A stretch of 64,000 bases of DNA from Dehalococcoidia bacterium (GTDB lineage Bacteria; Chloroflexota; Dehalococcoidia; Lucifugimonadales; JADFKI01), in assembly GCA_965222145.1 (NCBI GenBank), contig CBDCTG010000002.1, positions 445,646 to 509,645 on the forward strand. Reading direction: 5' to 3'. Every line of letters starts with the position of its first letter. The stretch's first letter is position 1. Made by a program: the position numbers and the translations under genes. The notes beneath the pieces were generated by a model. That model did no database searches, was not told the origin of the DNA, and saw only the letters and a list, made by a program, of their open reading frames with translations. Shown one piece after another: positions 9,298 to 17,231 of the stretch.

Positions 9298-10041
9298 TCA
9301 GGATTCCGCGACAACGATTCCGAATCTCTCGAACAGAAGCGTACTCGCCTGCTGCGCGGACATTACTGTGCCCTTCAGACTTGCGACCTCCAAGCCGGAA
9401 CCGGAGATGTACGCGCCGCGCAGGTCGGCTCGATCAAAGCGGGTCTGATCCGTGACAACCGCGCCTGTCAGGTGGCAGCCCTCAAACACCGTACCGCTGA
9501 AGTCGGTGCCTGTCAGGTCGGTTTCAGTGAAATTTACACCCTTGAGTCTGCTGTCCACGAAGCGTTGGAAGCGCACAGTTGCCATGCTAAAGTCGGCGTT
9601 GTCAATCGTCACGGCGTCTAGGCGGGCCTGGCTGAAATCGACCGTGCGGAAGCGCGAGCCCGTCAGGTCAGCGGCGAACAGGTTCGCGCCGTCGAGGTTG
9701 CAGAGGCTCATGTCGCAGTTCTCGATGCGGCTGAGGTTCAGCCTAGCCTCTCGGAAGGTCGACGATGTGAATTCGCAACCTCGCAGGGTCGCCTCGCGTA
9801 TGTCCGCTTTGTCGAAGCGGGCGCCCTGCAGGCGCGAGTTCTCGATGGTGAGGTCGTCGCAGGCGAGATTGAAGAAGTTAACGCGGCGCATCGAGCACTC
9901 CTCGAAGTGCAGTTGCTCGGCGTCGATTTCGGGCAACTCCGCGTCGTCGAACATGCAGCGAATAAAGGCCGCCGAGCTGCGTAGCAGGTCGTGGAACTGA
10001 GCCGCGTCGGTGATGGTGAGGTCTTCGTGTGGTGTCGTCAC
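9298..10041 (-). CDS. Pentapeptide-repeat protein
   Basis: Long run of A(D/N)LxX-type pentapeptides (ADLTGSRFRTVDFSQARLDAVTIDNADFSMATV ...). Start set to the GTG at 10041 (ATG at 9954 is an alternative). The upstream part of the 350-aa ORF overlaps the SDR gene and is Arg/Pro-rich. Confidence 0.7.
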   Translation of the reverse strand: MTTPHEDLTITDAAQFHDLLRSSAAFIRCMFDDAELPEIDAEQLHFEECSMRRVNFFNLACDDLTIENSRLQGARFDKADIREATLRGCEFTSSTFREARLNLSRIENCDMSLCNLDGANLFAADLTGSRFRTVDFSQARLDAVTIDNADFSMATVRFQRFVDSRLKGVNFTETDLTGTDFSGTVFEGCHLTGAVVTDQTRFDRADLRGAYISGSGLEVASLKGTVMSAQQASTLLFERFGIVVAES

Positions 10042-10133
10042 TAGGTTCGTGCTCGCATATCGGCGGCCGTGTTCCTGCGGCGCCGACCCCTTCTGTCCAA
10101 TGCCTGATTTCCTGCGCTTAGTCTTTCCTGCGC

Positions 10134-10931
10134 CTAGTTCATGTGCAGGCCGCCGCTGACGTTTATCGACTGGCCTGTGATGTTCATGGCGTACTCGGAA
10201 GCTAGGAAGCAGGCGAGGTTGCCGATGTCGTCGGGCGTCTGCTCCCTGCCGAGGGGAATTGTCCTCTGAACATTTTCCTCGAAGAGTTCGCGCTGCGTCT
10301 TTTCTCCGGGGTTCGGTGTCATGGCGGCGCGGGCGGTGATGCGCTCCCACATAGGCGTCCAGAGCAGGCCCGGGCAGATCGCGTTCACGTTGATGTTGTG
10401 TGGCGCGAGCCCCTGTGCCTGCCCTTGGGTCAGGCTAATCACGCCTGCCTTGGAAACATTGTAGGGCGGATTGCGCGAACTGCCCTGCCTCCCGGCAATG
10501 GAGGCGATATTGATGACCTTGCCGTACCTGCGCCCTTGCATATGCGGGGCGACGGCGTCGGTAACGCGCGCGATGCCTTTCACATTTATCTCGAAGATGA
10601 AGTCCCAGTCCTCTTCATTCGGCGTCTCGCGGCTTTCCCAGCCCTGCGCACCGATGACGCCCGCATTGTTCACGAGTATGTCGATTACGCCGAACTCGGC
10701 AAGAGCCTGCGCCGTCATCTCCTCGACGGATTCCCGGTCTGACACATCGAGGCTCACGGCGAGAGAGCGCCGTCCAAGCGACCTGACTTCGTCCGCAACT
10801 CCCTCCGCGTTCTCCACGATGATGTCGGCGATCACTATGTCTGCGCCGTTTCGCGCCAGAGCAAGCGATATGCCTCGCCCGATGCCTCGCCCGCCGCCGG
10901 TTACGATTGCCACCTTTCCACTAACGTCCAT
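10134..10931 (-). CDS. SDR-family oxidoreductase
   Basis: TGGGRGIG cofactor motif and YNVSKAG catalytic motif. AGGAGG lies 7 nt upstream of MDVSGKVAIVTGG. Confidence 0.88.
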   Translation of the reverse strand: MDVSGKVAIVTGGGRGIGRGISLALARNGADIVIADIIVENAEGVADEVRSLGRRSLAVSLDVSDRESVEEMTAQALAEFGVIDILVNNAGVIGAQGWESRETPNEEDWDFIFEINVKGIARVTDAVAPHMQGRRYGKVINIASIAGRQGSSRNPPYNVSKAGVISLTQGQAQGLAPHNINVNAICPGLLWTPMWERITARAAMTPNPGEKTQRELFEENVQRTIPLGREQTPDDIGNLACFLASEYAMNITGQSINVSGGLHMN

Positions 10932-11143
10932 CGCTGTACCTCCTAATAATCCAGAGTTGCACATATCGTACCCACCCTGCCCGTCCCTGTAAAACGCCTT
11001 TGCTTCACTTATCAACTCAACTCAGCCGTTCATCCGGAGTGAGCGGTTGGCAACCTAGCGACGGAGGGCTGTAAACTGATAAATTTAGACTTTATGACTC
11101 GATTGCACTTGAACAAATTCACATGTTCTGTCAGGATGGACTA

Positions 11144-12094
11144 ATGAGAATTGGAGAATTCGAAATACGAGAGCCGGTCCCGGAACTGCGCAATGTGCGC
11201 GCAATCGCAATGCTGCGGCCGTGGGTTGATGTGGGGCGCGTGGGCACGCTGGTTCTCAACCGACTGGAACGACACTTAGGCGCGCAGGAGTTGGGACGGC
11301 TGGCAAAACCCGGCAAGTTCTTCGACTATACGCGCTATCGCCCGCGAATGCGCACGGTACAGGGTCGGCGCGTTTTCACGACTCCCAACACGATCGTGCA
11401 TTATGCGCACGGCGACGAGCACGACTACCTCTTCCTGCACATCCGCGAGCCGCATGCCTTCGGCGAGGACTACTGCGATGCGATCGTTAGCCTTTTGCAG
11501 CACTTCGGTGTGTCCGAATATTGCCGCATCGGCGGGATGTACGACTCGGTGCCGCACACGCGGCCTGTGTTGATAACGGGCAGCCTCACGCGGGAGCAGG
11601 AGCAGCGGGCGACAGGACTGATCTCGTCCCGAGGGAGCACCTACCAGGGACCCACGAGCATCGTCAACTTGGTGCATGAGTCGCTGATACAACAGGAGAT
11701 GCCGTCGGTAAGCCTGATGGCGCACCTGCCGCAGTATGTTCAGCTCGACGAGGATCACATGGGCGCGGCAAGGCTTATGAATGTGCTGTGCTCAATGTAC
11801 GATCTCCCAGAATCCCTTGCCGACGAGTCGCGGGGCGAGCAGCAGTACTCGGAGATAAACCGCGCGGTGCGGAACAACTCCGAGGTGCGCGCGCTCATCC
11901 AGCAACTCGAGACCTACTACGACCGCACTTACTCGGCGCCTCCGGAATCGGAGGAAGAGGAAGAGGCAATCTCCCTCGCGCCGGGTGTGGAGCAGTTCCT
12001 GTATGAGGTCGGTGGACGCCTCGAGGAGCCGTCCGAAGAAGAAGGGGACTTCGACGACGACGACGACATCGACGAGGGGCACGACAACAACTAG
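11144..12094 (+). CDS. PAC2 (proteasome assembly chaperone 2-like) family protein with acidic C-terminal tail
   Basis: Family call comes from remembered N-terminal similarity (EFEIREPVPELRNVRAIAMLRPWVDVGRVG); treat as tentative. The tail is EEEEE ... DFDDDDDIDEGHDNN. An ATG at 11123 is an alternative start. Confidence 0.5.
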   Translation: MRIGEFEIREPVPELRNVRAIAMLRPWVDVGRVGTLVLNRLERHLGAQELGRLAKPGKFFDYTRYRPRMRTVQGRRVFTTPNTIVHYAHGDEHDYLFLHIREPHAFGEDYCDAIVSLLQHFGVSEYCRIGGMYDSVPHTRPVLITGSLTREQEQRATGLISSRGSTYQGPTSIVNLVHESLIQQEMPSVSLMAHLPQYVQLDEDHMGAARLMNVLCSMYDLPESLADESRGEQQYSEINRAVRNNSEVRALIQQLETYYDRTYSAPPESEEEEEAISLAPGVEQFLYEVGGRLEEPSEEEGDFDDDDDIDEGHDNN

Positions 12095-12115
12095 GTCCTG
12101 TTTACATTTCTCGTC

Positions 12116-12135
12116 ATTCCCGCGCAGGCGGGAAT
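12116..12135. repeat. REP-like palindrome ATTCCCGC-GCAG-GCGGGAAT
   Basis: Perfect 8-bp stem with a 4-nt loop, 22 nt after the PAC2 stop and with no T-tract. A related copy (TTCCCGCGCAGGCGGGAA) lies inside the CDS at 27743-27760. Confidence 0.7.
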
Positions 12136-12209
12136 CCACAGGGGTTGAGCGGGGCAGTTGTACCTTGGATACAGCCACCTTCGTGAGCTGACTTCCACCG
12201 ACTCTCTTA

Positions 12210-13068
12210 GAGCCTGTTCACGATCTTCTTAGAATTAGCGCTGTGAAGGCAAGCACCACCATTTGCAGACTGGTATTGAGCTTTCTTTCGCAGTTCTTCC
12301 AGAGCCGGCGGCACTTTTGCAGCCAGGCAAAAGACCGCTCTACCACCCATCGCTTCGGAAGAACCACGAAGGTGTGAAGTTCGTTGCGCTTCACCACTTC
12401 CACCGAGGCTCCTAACAGACTTTGCACCGCAGTGGCAAAGGGCTTCCCTGTATAACCCCCATCGACAAGTACCTTTTGCACCTGCCTGAGGTCGGCTCCT
12501 CGTTGGTCGAACATCGCCAAAGCCCCGGCACGGTCGGTGACATTGGCGGTGGTCACGTGAATTGCATGCGGCAACCCCTGGGTGTCCACTGCGATGTGTC
12601 GCTTGATTCCCGAGACCTTCTTGCCGGCGTCATAGCCCTTGTTCTCGGCGCTGTCAGTGTTCTTAACGCTCTGAGAGTCCACGATGCAGAAGGTCGTCCG
12701 CTCTGTCCGTCCATTGCTTTGTCGGGCCTCGCCAACTGATTTTTTTTAAGACTTGCTCCAGAATGGACTCATTAGCCGCCTCGGGTCGCTCGCTCCACTG
12801 CCGGAAATACTTGTAGCAAGTGCGCCAATTGGGGAAGTCTGCGGGCAGCATTCGCCACTGGCATCCGCTTTTAAGAAGATACAATACCCCGCAGAAAACA
12901 TCATACAAGTCCACGGTGCGGGGCTTGGTCCTGCGGCGGGCCGACTCCAACAAGGGGAGAATCCGGGCAAATTGCTCTTGGCTGATGTCGCTGGGATAAG
13001 AATGAGACATGATTACCCTCCTGATAATAGTCTCAACCTATTATATTCCAGAGATCGTAGACAGGTTC
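12210..13068 (-). mobile_element. IS5-family insertion sequence (about 859 bp)
   Basis: 16-bp imperfect terminal inverted repeats: GAGCCTGTTCACGATC (12210-12225) and the reverse complement of 13053-13068 (GAACCTGTCTACGATC). Flanked by TTA at 12207-12209 and 13069-13071 (TTAG context). Confidence 0.85.
12218..13010 (-). CDS. IS5-family DDE transposase, split at an A8 run
   Basis: orfA is MSHSYPSDISQEQFARILPLLE ... CQWRMLP. The DDE part is ... SVGEARQSNGRTERTTFCIVDSQSVKNTDSAENKGYDAGKK ... VDGGYTG ... RWVVERSFAW. The frames join at the T8/A8 run at 12740-12747, and an A7 run would give one 263-aa ORF. Confidence 0.85.
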
Positions 13069-13076
13069 TTAGAAAG

Positions 13077-13097
13077 TCAAAATGTCAACACACCCTA
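13077..13097 (+). repeat. 21-nt repeat TCAAAATGTCAACACACCCTA (copy 2)
   Basis: Exact copy of 8389-8409. It starts 9 nt beyond the IS5 right end. Confidence 0.7.
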
Positions 13098-13167
13098 GAC
13101 ATCTAGCAGGCCGTCCCGTAAAGGTGAGATTCAGGCGAGCGTTGTTCAAAGAGGGGTTGATATAGAT

Positions 13168-13650
13168 ATGTCGAAGCTTCAGCAGGGAGACAGGCTCCCA
13201 AAGCTCACTTTCAACCTCATTAGCGGCAAAACGCTGAGCCTACCCGAGGAGATGCCATCGCGCTACCTTGCTGTGCTGTTCTATCGAGGGCACTGGTGAC
13301 CCTACTGCGTTCGGCAGTTGGCCGAGTGGCAGGAGAACAGCGAGGAACTGGAATCGCTGGGATGCAGCGTGGTCGCGGCAAGCGTTGACACGCTTGAACA
13401 CGCTCAGAAGATGCAGAAGGATTCCGGAGCGCAGTTCCCGATAGCCTACGGGGTTACTCAGGCGGATACCGACCCGCTGGGCTCGTGGTGGTCGAATGAA
13501 CGCGGCGGATTCGTGCAGCCCACGGAGTTGCTGCTGGGACGCGGCGGCACGGTGCTTGGTTCGCTCTACGCATCAGGGCCAGTAGGCCGCATGAGCGCCG
13601 ACGAGGCGCTGTACGCAATACGCAACCGTGAACGGCGACGGCTGGGTTAA
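13168..13650 (+). CDS. Peroxiredoxin-like / AhpC-TSA (redoxin) family protein with in-frame TGA in the redox motif (candidate selenoprotein)
   Basis: ATG 13168 (GAGGGG RBS) reads MSKLQQGDRLPKLTFNLISGKTLSLPEEMPSRYLAVLFYRGHW-TGA(13297-13299)-PYCVRQLAEWQ ... and stays in frame with the 13318-13650 ORF. Cys homologues carry FYRGxWCPxC at this position. Confidence 0.6.
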
Positions 13651-13699
13651 TCTGCCCTTTGGAACTTTCGCTTACATGGGCTAACAAGGTTCTAGACCA

Positions 13700-14329
13700 A
13701 TGACTATATCAACACCGCAAATCTCATTCTTTGGGCATTTGGATAAGTCGGATGCCGTATTGCTCGGTCTGCTGGCAATGCTCGAGTCGGGTAAAGAGAT
13801 ATGCGCCGCCAGAATGGTCAATCTAATTTACCTATTGGACGAGTTCAGCTATCAGCACGACGGAGTTACGCTTACCGGGTTCGACTATATCCGGAGCGAC
13901 GACGGACCGAATGTAGCCAACGATGAGGTGGATAAAGGGCTTGCCTCGTTGGTTCGGAAGGGACTCGTTCATTGCGCGCAGAAGTCAGCCTCGCCCGGCA
14001 GCTACAAGATTGATGGACAGGTCAACCTTGCCGAGATTCCGTTGAGTGCGGATGACTGGGCACTTATCCATTCCGTAATCCGCGAATACGGGGGCCTGAG
14101 CCACGCGGATATGGTTAAGGCGGCACGGCGAACCATGCCAATGAAGAACAGCGTGCGCTATGGCAAACTCCGGTTTCAGCCCAACCCTAAAATCGAGACT
14201 TTCAAGCAATCTGCTCGAAAAGATGCCGACTTCATGGAAAAATGCATGACTGCGCTTGCCGACAGCTTGGAAGGAGTTGCCATCGAAGAATTGAGAGGCG
14301 CAGTCGTTGCCGAACAGACTGACCCTTAG
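13700..14329 (+). CDS. Panacea/SocA-like (DUF4065-like) putative antitoxin
   Basis: 209 aa. MVNLIYLLDEFSYQHDGVTLTGFDYIRSDDGPNV resembles the K-L-x-Y-x-x-D ... G-x-x-x-T-G ... Y ... G-P core of the domain. Family call is from memory and is tentative. Confidence 0.4.
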   Translation: MTISTPQISFFGHLDKSDAVLLGLLAMLESGKEICAARMVNLIYLLDEFSYQHDGVTLTGFDYIRSDDGPNVANDEVDKGLASLVRKGLVHCAQKSASPGSYKIDGQVNLAEIPLSADDWALIHSVIREYGGLSHADMVKAARRTMPMKNSVRYGKLRFQPNPKIETFKQSARKDADFMEKCMTALADSLEGVAIEELRGAVVAEQTDP

Positions 14330-14570
14330 CGAAGGCGCTCGCCACTTCTATCAGACGCTCGATGCACACAGATTACCTTCGTTAGACGAAGCCCTCGATT
14401 ACATTAGAGACGCTCCATTCTCCCACGGCGGATTGATTCGGCGCGAGTCTCGCCCGCCGGTGACGATGTACTTCTATGACGACGGAGTTTGGCGAATAGG
14501 CTATGTTCTTTCGTTCTACGCGGACTCCGCCATATTCCATATCCATGTCTTGGCAATCTCCCCTATCTGA
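14307..14570 (+). CDS. Small RelE/ParE-like putative toxin
   Basis: 87 aa with a TTG start that overlaps the upstream gene by 23 nt. The C-terminal pattern WRIGYVLSFYADSAIFHIHVLAISP resembles the RelE/ParE beta-sheet core. Confidence 0.4.
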   Translation: MPNRLTLSEGARHFYQTLDAHRLPSLDEALDYIRDAPFSHGGLIRRESRPPVTMYFYDDGVWRIGYVLSFYADSAIFHIHVLAISPI

Positions 14571-14691
14571 TAGGAACGGCTTCAACGCGGCGTGTAGGCG
14601 TCGGGCGGCGTGATGCCGCCATGTCCCAGGTAGGAGAATCGGCTGCCCCCCTAAAACCACACTCCCCAGTCCGACGTCCCCCCAATTCCCC

Positions 14692-14720
14692 TTGACAACC
14701 CAAACGCCCGTGCGTATCAT
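14692..14720 (+). promoter_or_regulatory. Strong sigma70-type promoter of repeat-protein paralogue A
   Basis: TTGACA (14692-14697), 17-nt spacer, TATCAT (14715-14720). The block CCCTTGACAACYCAAAC is shared with the promoter at 27431. Confidence 0.6.
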
Positions 14721-14822
14721 ATATTAAATTACCAGAACATACAATCCTATCCATACTGCACATCCTGTTAAGTCTATGAAACACTGACCGGCTGACCACT
14801 GAAAACTCTGAACTGAAAAACC

Positions 14823-15911
14823 ATGTGCATTCAAGACAACATACAATCCAAAATCGCACAACTCACACAAAACGGCGATACCATAGCCGTCTTCCTTGCA
14901 GACACCCTGCAAGGCTCATCCGACCATGCTATAAAAATCTGCCACCGAATGGACGCAGCCAAATTGCTCACCAAATACGGCTTCCCTCAACAAGCCCACA
15001 ACAATGTCATACCCTTCACTCCAAAAGAGACTGATGAATCAGAGAACGAATCGTCCATGTCAGCCCCCGCTCCCACCCTCAGAGACATCGTCGCCTACCC
15101 CGTCGCCCGCTACATCCGCAACCGTACGGATGACGGCGAAAACCTAGTCCACGCCCTCTGCCAAATCATGAACGGCGGCGAATTCCGTCAAGACCCATTC
15201 ACCGGTGAACCTCGGCAAACGGTCAAGCCGCGCGAGCGCCTCGCAGCCGCGAAAGAACTCTTGCGCCGCGCTTTCGGCGAACCCGCCCCATCGCGCCGCA
15301 ACTCCACAGCCTACAACTCTGCCGCAGACATCGACGAGCGCGACCCACTAAACACGCTCATCGCCAAACTCGTCCGCGACAAGACCAACGACGGCATCGC
15401 CGCCGCCGAACTCCTGATACGCATCGCCGAAAATGACGACACAGAAGGCGACTGGCTGCCCGCCCACCGCCTTTCGGCAGCGAAAGAACTCCTGCACCGC
15501 GCCTACGACCTCAACTACGACGCGGTAACTTGGGAACACATAGACGCCTACAACAACAACGCCTATCCGCTCGACCTGAACGAAGAAGCCGAGCGAACGC
15601 GCCATAAAGAGCGAATATCCGCCCTCATCAAAGAGTACGACGAAGCCCGCGCAGCCGACGACGAAGACGCGATGGCAGCCGCTGAAAAGGAGTACGCCAA
15701 CTACATAAAGTACGGCGACGAATCAGCCCCCGCCGAGACGTCAGAACACTTGGAGTACGGCCCAAACGACCCTGATCCGACCGTCGACTACTACTACCCG
15801 CCCCTGAGCAAGGAAGAACAGGCGAAGTTCGACGAGGATATGCGCCGCAACTCCGCCGCCAACATCCACACCCCCAAACTCACCATCCCCCTAAAAATCC
15901 GCAGCCCCTAA
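14823..15911 (+). CDS. Unrecognised protein family, three tandem helical repeats (paralogue A)
   Basis: 362 aa, a paralogue of 27549-29093. Repeats end in HRMDAAKLLTKYGF, ERLAAAKELLRRAFGE and HRLSAAKELLHRAYDLNYD. Conserved C-terminus YGPNDPDPTVDYYYPPLSKEEQAKFDED. No Shine-Dalgarno sequence. Confidence 0.7.
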   Translation: MCIQDNIQSKIAQLTQNGDTIAVFLADTLQGSSDHAIKICHRMDAAKLLTKYGFPQQAHNNVIPFTPKETDESENESSMSAPAPTLRDIVAYPVARYIRNRTDDGENLVHALCQIMNGGEFRQDPFTGEPRQTVKPRERLAAAKELLRRAFGEPAPSRRNSTAYNSAADIDERDPLNTLIAKLVRDKTNDGIAAAELLIRIAENDDTEGDWLPAHRLSAAKELLHRAYDLNYDAVTWEHIDAYNNNAYPLDLNEEAERTRHKERISALIKEYDEARAADDEDAMAAAEKEYANYIKYGDESAPAETSEHLEYGPNDPDPTVDYYYPPLSKEEQAKFDEDMRRNSAANIHTPKLTIPLKIRSP

Positions 15912-15942
15912 ATGACACAGAAACATAGAACGCCAATACGCC

Positions 15943-16374
15943 CTACGATCGCACGAGCCTCAGCACCATCCTCACCAGCATGAAGACGATCAGGGCAAGG
16001 CCGCCCCACAGCAGCAGTTCCGCCCACCATAGATTAAGGTTAAGCTGGGCGATTGCCGATGCCCAGCTCAGGATGAATCCAATCCAGACGACGAAGTCGA
16101 GGGCGAACGACACCTTCTTGCCTATTAGAAGCGCCACGTTCCGCAGCACTGGAATCACGCTCGCCACAGCCAGGAAGAACGACAGCGCGAAGAATCCGGC
16201 GATTACCAGGAAGATTGCATATCCCACGGCTTCGGGCAGTTCAAGGATAAAGAAGAATGTGACAGCCCCTTCCGAAATCTGCCATTGCTGCGTCAGCATC
16301 AGCGCGCCCACAAAGGCGACTAAGGCGTTGCTGAACAGCCACTCTTCCTTGTATTCCGCGCTCGTCATCGTCAT
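15943..16374 (-). CDS. Hypothetical integral membrane protein (about 4 TM helices)
   Basis: 143 aa dominated by hydrophobic segments. No family recognised. Confidence 0.55.
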   Translation of the reverse strand: MTMTSAEYKEEWLFSNALVAFVGALMLTQQWQISEGAVTFFFILELPEAVGYAIFLVIAGFFALSFFLAVASVIPVLRNVALLIGKKVSFALDFVVWIGFILSWASAIAQLNLNLWWAELLLWGGLALIVFMLVRMVLRLVRS

Positions 16375-16422
16375 CGCTTACCTGCCCATCGCCAATGGCC
16401 TGTCCATCCACGACGGACCACG

Positions 16423-17121
16423 CTACACGAGCAAGCCCACCAATTCATCGGGGTGGCTGAGCATTGGGTAGTGGCCAGCTTCCATCTCGTGCCAGTCGGC
16501 GTTGAGCGTCTCGGCAGTACGGCGCTGGTGCGCTACCGGCGGATTCTGGCTGAGGGTGCAGCGAATAACGCGAGTGTTCGGCCACTCCTGCGCCCAGAAA
16601 GCGTCAAGTTCGCCCGGTGCATCGGAGGCCTCGACAGGATGCGGAGTGGCGCGGTCAACCGCCCAAGCGCGCAATTCCGGCTCAAGGTCGGCGAACATGC
16701 GGTTCTCCATCTCTTCGCGCGTGGGCCCTCTAGTCAGTCCGGTCGTGGGAATCGGAGGGGCATTCGGGCCGCGCTGCACGATATTGCTGACGCGCTCGCC
16801 GGGCTGTGGTGCAAGGGCGTCCACGAACGCAATCCTGCTTATGCGCTCACAAGCAAGCTCCGCAACCTTGCATATCACCAGACCGCCGGTGCTTGTGCCG
16901 ACGAGCACGATGTCCTTCAGGTCTTCGTAGAACAGAAAGTCCGCGACCTCTTGCCCCTGCGCCGCGATGGTGATGCCCGGTCGTATGAGCTTGCTGCGCT
17001 CGCCACAGCCGTCCAGCGAGGGCGCGTACACCGTATGCCCCTGACTCCGCAGGACCTCAGCCGTGGGTTTCCAAATCCAACCGCCTTGGAAAGAGCCGTG
17101 AACCAGTACGAAAGTTGCCAT
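16423..17121 (-). CDS. Alpha/beta hydrolase (esterase-like)
   Basis: FVLVHGSFQGGWIWK N-terminus and a GTSTGG nucleophile elbow. Confidence 0.8.
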   Translation of the reverse strand: MATFVLVHGSFQGGWIWKPTAEVLRSQGHTVYAPSLDGCGERSKLIRPGITIAAQGQEVADFLFYEDLKDIVLVGTSTGGLVICKVAELACERISRIAFVDALAPQPGERVSNIVQRGPNAPPIPTTGLTRGPTREEMENRMFADLEPELRAWAVDRATPHPVEASDAPGELDAFWAQEWPNTRVIRCTLSQNPPVAHQRRTAETLNADWHEMEAGHYPMLSHPDELVGLLV

Positions 17122-17231
17122 TATGTGTCCCCTTTCGAGAGTGTTTTGGTAAGTCGAAGTGTCAGTTTATCAGTATGTCTGTATATCGGCATGTCGGTGA
17201 TATTCGCAGCATTCATCAACTGACACGCTAT

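Noticed and set aside
10042-10350. N-terminal extension of the pentapeptide-repeat ORF (350-aa version)
   Set aside because: It overlaps the 3' end of the SDR gene in another frame and is Arg/Pro/His-rich. The pentapeptide repeats begin only downstream of 10041.
12740-12747. Classical -1 programmed ribosomal frameshift in the IS5 transposase
   Set aside because: The DDE frame is +1, not -1, relative to orfA. The -1 frame gives an unrelated Arg/Ser-rich peptide.
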